A DNA stretch of 26,491 nucleotides, from positions 1 through 26,491 of the IMG/VR virus record IMGVR_UViG_3300005512_000284. One strand, given 5' to 3'. Source of the stretch: a virus (lineage: Duplodnaviria; Caudoviricetes). Shown one piece after another: positions 6,901 to 14,900 of the stretch (positions are counted from its first letter, which is position 1; each line of letters opens with the position of its first letter). The notes below the pieces were generated by a model. It was given only the letters and a program-made list of their open reading frames with translations, had not been told where the DNA came from and searched no databases. The translations under genes were made by a program, and so were the position numbers.

Positions 6901-7368
6901 TTGAAGATTATCAATTCTATCTTCAATAGCATCTACCTGCTCATCATAATACTTAACTTCTGGAAGGTCTTTAATCTGAGATCTTACTAAGTCAATCTGA
7001 TCGCAGATTGCTTCTACCTCTCTATCATAATATTTTACTTCAGGAAGTTGCGAGATTTGTTCTGCAAGTTCCTCAAGTTCTTTATCGTAATACTTAATCT
7101 CTGGGATATCAGGAATCTCTTCCCTGACATCATTAATCAGACGGATTAATTCTGGAAATGGTGGAATAATATCTTTTACTTCTGCGAAAGTATTTCCGTC
7201 AGCGTCTTCTATAGTTACTGTTTCTTCGTTTATTACTTCTTTTTCTTCTTCAATAAAATCTTCTACAGAAGGGAGATCCTCTGCGTTCTCTTCTGCAATA
7301 TAATCTTCTATTGACGGTAGACTTTCATCTCCATCGAAATCCTCATATGAGGGCAAATCCTTAGACAT
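3967..7368 (-). CDS. Fibre-like structural protein (1133 aa): acidic N-terminus, segmented coiled coil, Gly hinge, pectin-lyase-like beta-helix region
   Basis: N-terminal ~430 aa are E/D/K/I/L-rich with heptads and PEVKYYD repeats; then GSIGGGGAG..DLDDV..LIYD..KWVG; then beta-helix cap motif VLYVAKDGSDDNNGTSIDNAFLTI..A..GTVIKVLAGNYAE.NPIEVP..VSIIGD. Confidence 0.75.
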   Translation of the reverse strand: MSKDLPSYEDFDGDESLPSIEDYIAEENAEDLPSVEDFIEEEKEVINEETVTIEDADGNTFAEVKDIIPPFPELIRLINDVREEIPDIPEIKYYDKELEELAEQISQLPEVKYYDREVEAICDQIDLVRSQIKDLPEVKYYDEQVDAIEDRIDNLQTEVANLPEVKYYDSEIEAICEAIDQVKASIPKFPKWINEINEVPDFSWIGKTFSVIEDDFIKVSDKIEGLRGKVEYDLEQLSEDLETKYFNNTVKIDSDINDLDSKVNVRIDEEKEKIWKEMRSSSLKMWEYHKEFKDDDRKLKKQILGEYNTLKKNINKELKEINYTSVKTDELLLKYFNELKEEISSLPEVKYYDKDIDYVKSDIKGLYKIIEDIKSSQKKLQEEQKLLAETNVPLDADPPDTDNPDPLTPIDQNFVTLDQLQQHYKRFVERVQYQLGSIGGGGAGFIKDLDDVEFDGATGNDKLLIYDQSRSKWVGIASTSVGSIGIQSAGYLIKDGVRTLNFVGTGNTFAVNGDRVDISISADVGAGGTWSVGSAGIHTTKNVGIATTARDDFALYIEGNQYIDGNITVGGTITYEDVTNVDALGLSTFRNGIEVDPGTATTALIVRGDARITGILTIGTASVTIDGDNNTITTGIVTITDSAVYFGDSITIRGNASGINSAPNVLYVAKDGSDDNNGTSIDNAFLTITSAVGAAQSGTVIKVLAGNYAENNPIEVPAFVSIIGDDLKTVTVSPNTATDDIFHVRKGCYLANMTFTNHVSPSAAVGFPTTEIATNVGGGKWESPYIQNCTSNTTTGTGLRIDGAQAESLKSIVVDSFTQYNQGGVGVAITNQGFAQLVSVFTICCNEAITCYNGSVCDLTNSNSSFGTFGLVADGVGDLQYTGVVTASAASGQDNVVINVGSSTTRPYDGQVVYFDKLYKFVDTITITNGGSGYTNTPSVTISSPSGPNGEVATAFATIEGGSVTEIGIISNGSQYDPSDTVTVTISAPDSGTTATATANLADTYYTINSSTPITAGITTLTLEENLFNTIGVGSTAYFFQQSKIIASSHTFEFVGSGNDITTATPLRGGVPVQANEVVGRNGGKVVYTSTDQSGNFRIGDDLQINQNTGTISGRAFSRSLFTEMTPFILALS
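6310..7107 (-). repeat. Five [LI]PE[VI]KYYD peptide repeats in the coiled-coil region
   Basis: Copies at aa 88, 108, 135, 162 (nt 6862-7107) and aa 346 (nt 6310-6333). Confidence 0.9.
7255..7356 (-). repeat. Three LPSxED[FY] peptide repeats at the N-terminus of the 1133-aa protein
   Basis: LPSYEDF (aa 5), LPSIEDY (aa 17), LPSVEDF (aa 32). Confidence 0.85.
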
Positions 7369-7410
7369 TTTATTAGTACTTAATACTTCGGGATTTCTCT
7401 CCCTTCCTCT

Positions 7411-7833
7411 TTATTTAGGATCCTTCTTAAGTCCATCTTTCAGCATCTTTGCTAAATCTGCTGTTGATCCAACAAACAATGCATTGTTAACAGTAGATGG
7501 TCCTTTGACCTTTTCCTCTGCCTCTACGTCCTTTAATTTCTTTTGAAGGTCAAGTAATTTATCAGTCGCGTCTGCAACGTTTTTAATCAACTGACCTGCA
7601 ACTTCATATGCTCTCGGCATCTCACTTTCTTGAGCGAGTTCAAGAACACCGTTTAATGCTTCCTGTCCTTTTTCGATGATGGAATAAAGATTACCTCTAG
7701 TGTATTCATAATCTTTTTTAATGTCATCAAGTTGTGCTTTTGGCACCACAGTTTCTTTTTTAACTACTTCCGCATTTACAACATCATCTGACACATTGAA
7801 AGTTTCGTTAAGATCGTCAAAGTTTTTAGTCAT
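7411..7833 (-). CDS. gp16: Terminase small subunit (T4 gp16-like)
   Basis: DYEYTRGNLYSIIEKGQEAL..LAQESEMPRAYEVAGQLIK..LLDLQKKLK..NNALFVGSTADL; directly after gp15 with TAATG overlap. Confidence 0.95.
   Translation of the reverse strand: MTKNFDDLNETFNVSDDVVNAEVVKKETVVPKAQLDDIKKDYEYTRGNLYSIIEKGQEALNGVLELAQESEMPRAYEVAGQLIKNVADATDKLLDLQKKLKDVEAEEKVKGPSTVNNALFVGSTADLAKMLKDGLKKDPK
7412..7418 (-). promoter_or_regulatory. T4-type late promoter, CTAAATA
   Basis: Overlaps the gp16 stop codon, about 44 nt upstream of the 1133-aa gene start. Confidence 0.65.
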
Positions 7834-8849
7834 TAGATAAATCCACCATCAAAACCAAAGTTATCACCATCTTCGATAAGAGCACTGTCTACGCCAATTG
7901 TACCAGTGCTTGTTGTTGTGGTAGTATAGTCAATACCTTTGACCTCAGAACCACCAACATGTTTAGTAGCAGCAGTATTGTCTCTTCCTCTATCTACAGT
8001 TAGTTTATTTCCAGTCTTTGACCTTACATATAATTCTTCATCTCCAATGAAGATATATTTGTCTGCCAAGATACCAGTGGCATCAGCAACTTCAATAGTT
8101 TTTGCTGTTGCTGTGATGTCTGATGCCAATGTAGTAACAACGTTATCTGTGTAAGACTTAAGTGCTCTTGCAGTAGCAGAATAAGTAACTTCTCTTCTTG
8201 TATTTGTAGTATCTGTTCCAGTAAGATAACTGACAGTAGATCTCTTGATGATATCTTTGGATGCAGAAGATGTAGGACCAAAGAGGTATGTTTTTACAGT
8301 AAATCTTAAAGTGTAATATAAAACTCTTCTAGTAGTAAAATCACCTTCATAATCATCCTGCATTGTGATATTTTCTAACACAATAGGAATATCTCTTTTC
8401 TCCCTAATTTCATCAACCAGTTCAATGGAAAGATTATATGCAGGTTGAAAATAAGGTAAAATCTGCTCTACAATTTGAAGAGCATCGTCATTTAGTTTAG
8501 TATAAACACTCAATTCAAATTGCATATTATATGGAACTGGCATATAAGTTTTGCGAGTTTCCGTTCCATCATTTTTGTCTTTTGCGACAAATGTTTGAGT
8601 TGTAGTTACTTTTCTACTAGCATCATAAGTAAGTCCAGTAAATTCAAAAGACATCCTTGGCAAAGTAATTGCCATTGGTTTATTAAGATCTGGTGATTGC
8701 TCAATTCTAGCTAAAAACTTCTGAGTTGGTCCATATGCTAAAGGTACTCTTACAACAGAACCTTCCTGTTGGATCTCCATTGAATTAAACAGAGTTCCAA
8801 AACCAATAATGGTTTTTCTCAAAATTTCGTTGTAAAAGTATTCAAACAT
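7833..8849 (-). CDS. gp15: Tail sheath stabilizer / tail completion protein (T4 gp15-like)
   Basis: YFYNEILRKTIIGFGTLFN..VPLAYGPTQKFLARI..LPRMSFE..YD..RK..PVPYN..QIVEQILPYFQP; synteny 13-14-15-16. Confidence 0.95.
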   Translation of the reverse strand: MFEYFYNEILRKTIIGFGTLFNSMEIQQEGSVVRVPLAYGPTQKFLARIEQSPDLNKPMAITLPRMSFEFTGLTYDASRKVTTTQTFVAKDKNDGTETRKTYMPVPYNMQFELSVYTKLNDDALQIVEQILPYFQPAYNLSIELVDEIREKRDIPIVLENITMQDDYEGDFTTRRVLYYTLRFTVKTYLFGPTSSASKDIIKRSTVSYLTGTDTTNTRREVTYSATARALKSYTDNVVTTLASDITATAKTIEVADATGILADKYIFIGDEELYVRSKTGNKLTVDRGRDNTAATKHVGGSEVKGIDYTTTTTSTGTIGVDSALIEDGDNFGFDGGFI

Positions 8850-8882
8850 GATTAAACTTTAAACTATTACCTGCAGTAGAAC

Positions 8883-8889
8883 TATTTAG
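8883..8889 (-). promoter_or_regulatory. T4-type late promoter, CTAAATA
   Basis: Overlaps the gp14 stop codon, about 34 nt upstream of the gp15 ATG. Confidence 0.65.
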
Positions 8890-10337
8890 GGTATTCCAAA
8901 TGGATTCTGTTCACTAAAGTCTAATATTGCATCTGCAGCAGTTTCAATATCAAAGTTATCCGCATAAGGATCATTATTGATAGTTCTATCAATGGTTCTT
9001 AATGTGCGTGTAGCGCCAGAAGTTGCTCCAGTTAAAGTTTCTCCTCTTGTAAATGAACCAGAGACATTTGCAACCTCAAGAACATTAGTGTCACCATTCC
9101 AAGATCTAACTTTTGCAGTTGTTCCACTAGAGGAACCAGTTATAGTCTCATTAAATACAAAGTTTCCAGTATTTGTTCCACCTGTAGGTGCTGCAATAGA
9201 AATAGTTGGTGCTACTGAGTATCCAACACCAGTATTTGTCAAGTAAATATTCGCGATTGTTCCTGCCGCACTGACGACAGAAGTTGCAGCTGCTCCTGCA
9301 GTTGTTACGCCAGTCTTGAATACTTCGTTGGTAAATGAAATAGTTGGATTTGTGATATATCCTCCGCCAGCGTTTGTAATTGTGACTACACCAACAATAT
9401 CGTCTCCAATAACGGTTGTTGCTGCAGCGCCACTACCAGTTCCATCAGTGGTTCTAAAAGTTACTGTAGGTGCCACCGTGTATCCAGAACCTGGATTTGC
9501 AACATCAACTCTCTGAACTGATTGGAATTTTGGATTTACATTAAGATTGCAAACATTGATACCACCAATCATTGAGGCAATACCTACGGCATTTACTCCA
9601 CCTGAAGGTGCTGCAGTTACCTCAACAGTTGGAACCACTCCATATCCACCACCTCTATTGGTTACTGTAAACGATCTCACACCACCACCAACAAGTCCTG
9701 TAATAGCAGTAGCAGTGACTGCTGTTCCAACCATTGTGAGGGTTTGAGTTATTCCCTGAATGGTACTAATACCATCATCAGTCAATCCATCAACTTCATT
9801 TCCCAATAACTCATTATCAACTTCATCAATTCCAGTTGCAATAATCTCATCTTGATATTGAAAGAGTTCGCAAGATAACCCATAGACATAAAGATCTTGC
9901 AATTGATAATATGGTTTTGCATATTCAACATCTTTGATCTCATAAAGGCGATCATCCAATGGGAACCAGATTAAGTCTCCACCTTTTGGTCTTGTTGAAA
10001 GTTTAATATTTGATTGCCCCCCAATCAATGGAGCAATATAGTTTTCATATCGTTCTCTCGAAATAATAAGCTTTACTTCATCTTTTGATTCAATACCAAA
10101 TTTTGATAATACGTCTCCTGCACCGCCATAAGAATCGAAGTTATCTACATACGCCTCAATTGGTAAAGCATTATCAAACTTAGATTGAACGACCTCTCTT
10201 ATGACAGTTTTTTCTGTGATGTACTTTCTTGGAATATAATATATGTCAACACCATACATCCTCAACTGTTCGTTGATCAAATCTTGAACTAAGTTCTGCT
10301 CAGATTTAGTACCTTGAGTAAAAAATGGATTTAACAT
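8886..10337 (-). CDS. gp14: Neck protein / head closure (T4 gp14-like) with internal repeat insertion
   Basis: LNPFF..EQNLVQDLINEQLRMYGVDIYYIPR..IEAY..SKFGI..RPKGGDLIWFP..YQL..LSCELF, and C-terminal DFSEQNPFG; TGATG overlap with gp13. Confidence 0.93.
   Translation of the reverse strand: MLNPFFTQGTKSEQNLVQDLINEQLRMYGVDIYYIPRKYITEKTVIREVVQSKFDNALPIEAYVDNFDSYGGAGDVLSKFGIESKDEVKLIISRERYENYIAPLIGGQSNIKLSTRPKGGDLIWFPLDDRLYEIKDVEYAKPYYQLQDLYVYGLSCELFQYQDEIIATGIDEVDNELLGNEVDGLTDDGISTIQGITQTLTMVGTAVTATAITGLVGGGVRSFTVTNRGGGYGVVPTVEVTAAPSGGVNAVGIASMIGGINVCNLNVNPKFQSVQRVDVANPGSGYTVAPTVTFRTTDGTGSGAAATTVIGDDIVGVVTITNAGGGYITNPTISFTNEVFKTGVTTAGAAATSVVSAAGTIANIYLTNTGVGYSVAPTISIAAPTGGTNTGNFVFNETITGSSSGTTAKVRSWNGDTNVLEVANVSGSFTRGETLTGATSGATRTLRTIDRTINNDPYADNFDIETAADAILDFSEQNPFGIP
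8988..9740 (-). repeat. Four NxGxGY..PT[VI] repeats plus two ET[IL]TGxxSG repeats inside gp14
   Basis: NRGGGY (aa 227), NPGSGY (281), NAGGGY (322), NTGVGY (368); NETITGSSSG and GETLTGATSG. Confidence 0.8.
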
Positions 10338-11182
10338 CAGCCTATCATATCAAGGGGCGGAAGTTCATAAGTATTTGACATGACTTCTTTAATCTTATCT
10401 AACTCTCTTTCTGCGTCATCATATATTTGTCTTCCATTCAATTCTATTCCGCCAGGAAGTTTTACTCCTTGGAACTTGATGAGATTTTGTCCCCACTGCC
10501 TCTTGATAAGAGCAGTCAAATATCTTTTTACAAAAGAATCATTATATACTCTTGTATAATCATTAGGATCTAATAGTCTGTAACAATCAATAATGATATA
10601 ATCATCAATGGTAATACTTGACCAATCTATATCAAGATATAATCTATCCTGTCTTTGATTAAATCTGATTTGTTTTTGTGTCGTTAATGCAAAATCGATA
10701 TCTTCAAGATATCTTTTGGTCATTGCATATGTTAAAAGTTCTGTAGAACCCCAATAGTAAATATCATTCAAAAATAACTGATATTTAACACTGAACATAT
10801 TATTTGTTACAGTGTTAGAACCGTCAAAATGGAAAATTTTTGAAATACCTATAACATGTGGAGGAATCTGAAGATAGTTACTATTCTCTTCATATGAAAA
10901 AGTAGTTGCAGTTCCTGCAATCGTTGTATCTGCAGTAGTGGTTACAATACCAATAGGATTACTTCCACCTCTACCTCGTCCCCTATCAATATCTGCTTGA
11001 GTAACTTTGTATTTTAAAAATGTTTGAGTTACTCCATCAAAATGTCTTTCGTGGAAATACTGAAGGGCATCATCAACCAGATCATCGATTTGCTCATCAG
11101 CAACGTTGATCTCCAAAACAGGAGCACCTAACTGCCTCTTACAATAGTTAATCAGTTCTGTCCTATTTGTCGGTTGAGCCAT
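10337..11182 (-). CDS. gp13: Neck protein / head-tail adaptor (T4 gp13-like)
   Basis: YCKRQLGAPVLEINVADEQIDDLVDDALQYFHERHFDG..KRQWGQNLIKFQGVKLPGGIELNG. Confidence 0.95.
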   Translation of the reverse strand: MAQPTNRTELINYCKRQLGAPVLEINVADEQIDDLVDDALQYFHERHFDGVTQTFLKYKVTQADIDRGRGRGGSNPIGIVTTTADTTIAGTATTFSYEENSNYLQIPPHVIGISKIFHFDGSNTVTNNMFSVKYQLFLNDIYYWGSTELLTYAMTKRYLEDIDFALTTQKQIRFNQRQDRLYLDIDWSSITIDDYIIIDCYRLLDPNDYTRVYNDSFVKRYLTALIKRQWGQNLIKFQGVKLPGGIELNGRQIYDDAERELDKIKEVMSNTYELPPLDMIG

Positions 11183-11206
11183 TTATCCACTAGTTTTTCC
11201 TAAATG

Positions 11207-11213
11207 TATTTAG
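11207..11213 (-). promoter_or_regulatory. T4-type late promoter, CTAAATA
   Basis: Overlaps the stop of the 128-aa ORF, about 25 nt upstream of the gp13 ATG; embedded in an inverted repeat at 11199-11214. Confidence 0.65.
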
Positions 11214-11596
11214 GGTGCTGATGATACAGCGGGGACTACCATCACGTTACCATTTACAAGAGTATATAGTGTAGAACCACTACTTACTATTACATCATAC
11301 ATATATCTTCCTTGATCAAGACCTCTAGTAGAAGTAGACCCTAAAGAGATTTTAATTTTACCTCCTGCCGCACTTGTGATTCCAACTGAAAATGCTGTTG
11401 TGACGCCAAGTGTTGCTCCAACAGCAACGCTTTTAGATATTGCAGCAGAACCAGTATACCCACTTAAGTCAAATGCAGAATTGGTATTGTCAGTTACGTT
11501 AAATGTAGTCTCAAAATCTGCTCCTCCATAAATTGTCAGATTAGCTCCATAAGGAACTCCTGTGTCTGGATCGAAAGTAATATTTTTAGATGGCAT
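11210..11596 (-). CDS. Small Ig-like virion structural protein (128 aa)
   Basis: ANLTIYGGADF..F.V..FDLSGY..G.I.ISL..T..L..GRYMYDV..VNG.V.V.P.VS pattern typical of small structural proteins of cyanomyoviruses. Confidence 0.7.
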   Translation of the reverse strand: MPSKNITFDPDTGVPYGANLTIYGGADFETTFNVTDNTNSAFDLSGYTGSAAISKSVAVGATLGVTTAFSVGITSAAGGKIKISLGSTSTRGLDQGRYMYDVIVSSGSTLYTLVNGNVMVVPAVSSAP

Positions 11597-11768
11597 CTGG
11601 AAGTCCTATTACTGACAGTGTTTCTTGTTGCTTATAGTAAAGTTTGCAAAATGCTTTTGCAATATTTTTAAGTTCATTACGATTTTCGCAACTATCTATC
11701 TCACTTGCAATCTTCTGATATGCGAAAGATTTTTCTAAACCTTTTAATTCAATACTATCTGGATCCAT
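11586..11768 (-). CDS. 60-aa helix-loop-helix protein, NblA-like (phycobilisome degradation adaptor) - tentative
   Basis: Size and pattern IEL..LEKSF....A.EID.C....ELK..AK.F.KLY.KQQET resemble NblA (L(S/T)LEQxF..two amphipathic helices). ORF overlaps both neighbours. ORF is credible; family call is tentative. Confidence 0.5.
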   Translation of the reverse strand: MDPDSIELKGLEKSFAYQKIASEIDSCENRNELKNIAKAFCKLYYKQQETLSVIGLPDAI

Positions 11769-11982
11769 TGATCAACTCCTTTAACAATAACTTGATATCA
11801 TTGATATCATCCTTCATACTAGCAACCTCATCTTCAATTGTTTGTATTTTTTGATTCTTTTCAGATTTGATCTTACGACTAGAAATGTACTGATCATAAG
11901 ATGCTTTATTTACATTAACTATATTGTTTGTTAAAGGATCTCTTGCGAGATCCTTATGACCTTTTTCAGTATAAATTTCCAT
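11755..11982 (-). CDS. Conserved hypothetical protein (75 aa) with C-terminal coiled coil
   Basis: Preferred ATG at 11982, 1 nt after the VrlC-like stop (track start 11997 lies inside the upstream gene). GHKDLARDP.TN.IVN..YDQY..IEDEVASMKDDINDIKLLLKELI. Confidence 0.75.
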   Translation of the reverse strand: MEIYTEKGHKDLARDPLTNNIVNVNKASYDQYISSRKIKSEKNQKIQTIEDEVASMKDDINDIKLLLKELINGSR

Positions 11983-11983
11983 A

Positions 11984-14900
11984 TTATGCAAGAGCAATAA
12001 CTCTGAGATTTTTGATTTGAGGAACTAGTTCCTGACTTGTAGATGTCATTACGATTTTAATTCTATAAGATCTAAAGTTTGGAAGATCGTCAGCAGTAAA
12101 TGTACGTTCAATAAAATCGGTATCGTATGCACTATATCCTTTCTTAATTGAATTTTCTACAAAAACATCGGGTCTTCCGTCACTATCTTCTTCATTAATC
12201 ACCTGTCCGTTAACGTTCAGATTCAAATATCCTGGGAATGGTTCAAAGATTGGTTCAAATCCAGGATCTGAATTGATCGCATAGAATGCTCTAATATCAG
12301 CATCCGTAGGAATATGTGCATCTACAAATATTTTAATCGATGATGCAGGATTTTCAAGAGTTACTTCTTTAGAAATGTACTGACATGCACTAGGATCATC
12401 AAAGATAGTATTTACTCTAGAATCAGTAGCATAATTGGTAACTTCAGAATTAACTCTGTTTGATATTGTATAAACACTACATCTATCAAGATCAATTTGA
12501 GGAGTTAATTTAGTGTTAGTTGTTCCGAGGAAAAGTCTCATTTGCATGGACTTATTACCTTCAATAGCATCAAGTTTACGATCTTCATTCACTTTGGAGA
12601 AGACTGCTCTTGGTGAATCGAAATAATTATTTGCATTAAGAACAACATCTTCAAATCCCGCGTTTACATAAGGAACCTCATCACCACTAATACTTTGAGT
12701 AGTGACGGTTCTTATTTGACCAGATACGGAGGTTCCTTCTACCGCGATATTGTGTATAGATGGTTTAATAATCTCAAAAGGAATGTTTTTGGTAGCTCTG
12801 ACATTATCTCCGCCAGCAGATTTTGATGCGTTGAGGAATAGTTTGGGGAATCCTACTCCAGTAGATCTATCAGCATTATCATTAATACCAATAATTCCAA
12901 ACTTCTCAGACATGTCAAGTTTGATATGATAAGAATCTAAAGTTATTGGATTTGCAATTGTTACATTGCTTAGATCGTGAGTTTTATTAATTCTAGCAAG
13001 ACTTACTCCTGCGAGTTCATACTTATAGACTGGCGTGTCTATAGGATATGATTTTGGAATTACTCCTCTAGAAAGAGATCCGCCAATTGTTGATGATGTT
13101 GTAGAAGTGTATTCAATTATTTCTTCACCAATCAGAAGTAATCCAGTGTTAGTTAATCCAACACCAACACCTTCGAAAGTGTCGAAGTTACTTCCTGTTC
13201 CAGCAGTTACCTGAAGTGGATCTGTGGAAGATTTATCATATGCTGCTGTCAATTTAGTAGGTTTGCCATCAGGAAGAACTTTATAGATTCTTACAAAGTT
13301 ATCATCGAAGTTCATTCCATGATTAACATGATTTACCTTGATGTGTAATCCATCTGTAACAGTTGTTATTACATCTGGGATAACGTCTCCACCATGATCA
13401 CTGTTCAGTTCTCTCTCTACACCATTGCCATCAAAGAAGCGCATAGTTCCAGCAGCTCCAGTAATAAACTCACCTTGAACATTGCCAAGTATTAATTGAG
13501 ATGTTTGACCGATACTAGTTACTGTAAATCTTGCATTTCGTCCGATACTCAATCCAGCAGGATCTGATGAAGATGGAAGTGGTGCAGTAGCATTAATAGT
13601 AACAACATCGCCAACTTGATATCCAGTGCCACCTGCATTACTGATAGTGGCTGCTATAGCGACTCCATCCTCTATAGTAATATCCGCAGTAGATCCTGTT
13701 CCATTTCCAGAAACAGCAACTAAATTTGCTCCAGTAAAAGTAAAGGATCCATCTGCTGGTGTATATCCAACTCCTGGATTAGTAACTGTTAATGTTCCTG
13801 TAGCACTAGCACCAACTCCGATTAAATCTCCCTGTGCAATTCTGTTTGCAGAAGTTCCTTGGAAGAAAGTATTTCCAAGAACATAACGACCGTCAGCAAC
13901 TGTTGTTCCCAATCCAACACGAATTTCCTTAGAAGCAATATTTAATGGATTCTCCATCAATGTTGGAATTAACTTATTACCTTCAGAAAGTTCTGGACTA
14001 TAAAGATCTACAGATCCAGACTCAACAAAGTCCGCTCTATACAGAGTAAACTTAAGATCTTCCCACTGACTTGCTTCCCATGTAGAAGCATTTTGAGACT
14101 TGAATAGTGATCCAAGTGTTGGTTGGTTAGAAATATATGCGTCGGTTAAAATATCATTTTCACCAACTCTAGAAACATAAACACTATACTTAGTTGAGTT
14201 TGATATCAGACATATAGCATATTCTTTACCACCTTCCAAATAAACTGGAGCAGCAAATTCAAACGTAGTTGCTACAGATCCGTCAGTTGAAGTATTAACA
14301 CTATCAGGATAAAGGAGCACTTCAGATAAATCAAAATATTTTGGAGTTGGGAAACCATTCTCCATGGTTCTGATTTGGAATCTAACAGGAGTATCTCCGT
14401 CATCTTTAGTGCGGAAGAATACGTCACACTTAGTTATAAATACGCCTTCTGGATCTGTTTGGTCATCGACGAGGAAAGATTGTGCAAGAGGGTCATACCA
14501 ACCAACAATAGATTCACTTGTAGTTGCTCGTCCAATGTTTCTAGTAGCAGTAACCTCGGTATCAATAGTTCTGTTAACAAGTTCTTCTTCAAAGAGTTTC
14601 TTTTGTTCAATTTTTGCATTTCTAATAGAAATAATTTGTTCCTGAACTGTTTCTAAAGTTCCTGCAGTTGTGTATGCTTCTTCACCGACAGTAGTAGCAG
14701 AATCTTGATCATTTTCTGAGTCATTCGTTAATGTGAAAATATTATTTCCTGTATCAAAGGATGGATTGTCTTTGTTACTTGGATCTGGAATGAAGAAACT
14801 TCCCAATAAAGCTGAAGATTTATCTGTGATAAGTCTAACATTTGTTACTTCTGCTTCTGCTCCACTTGTTTGTCCAGTCAGTTTCATTCCTGTCTGAATA

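Noticed and set aside
6862-7107. PEVKYYD repeats as a CRISPR-like or DGR-type DNA repeat
   Set aside because: Copies differ at synonymous positions and stay in frame, so conservation is at protein level; no cas or reverse transcriptase gene in the window.
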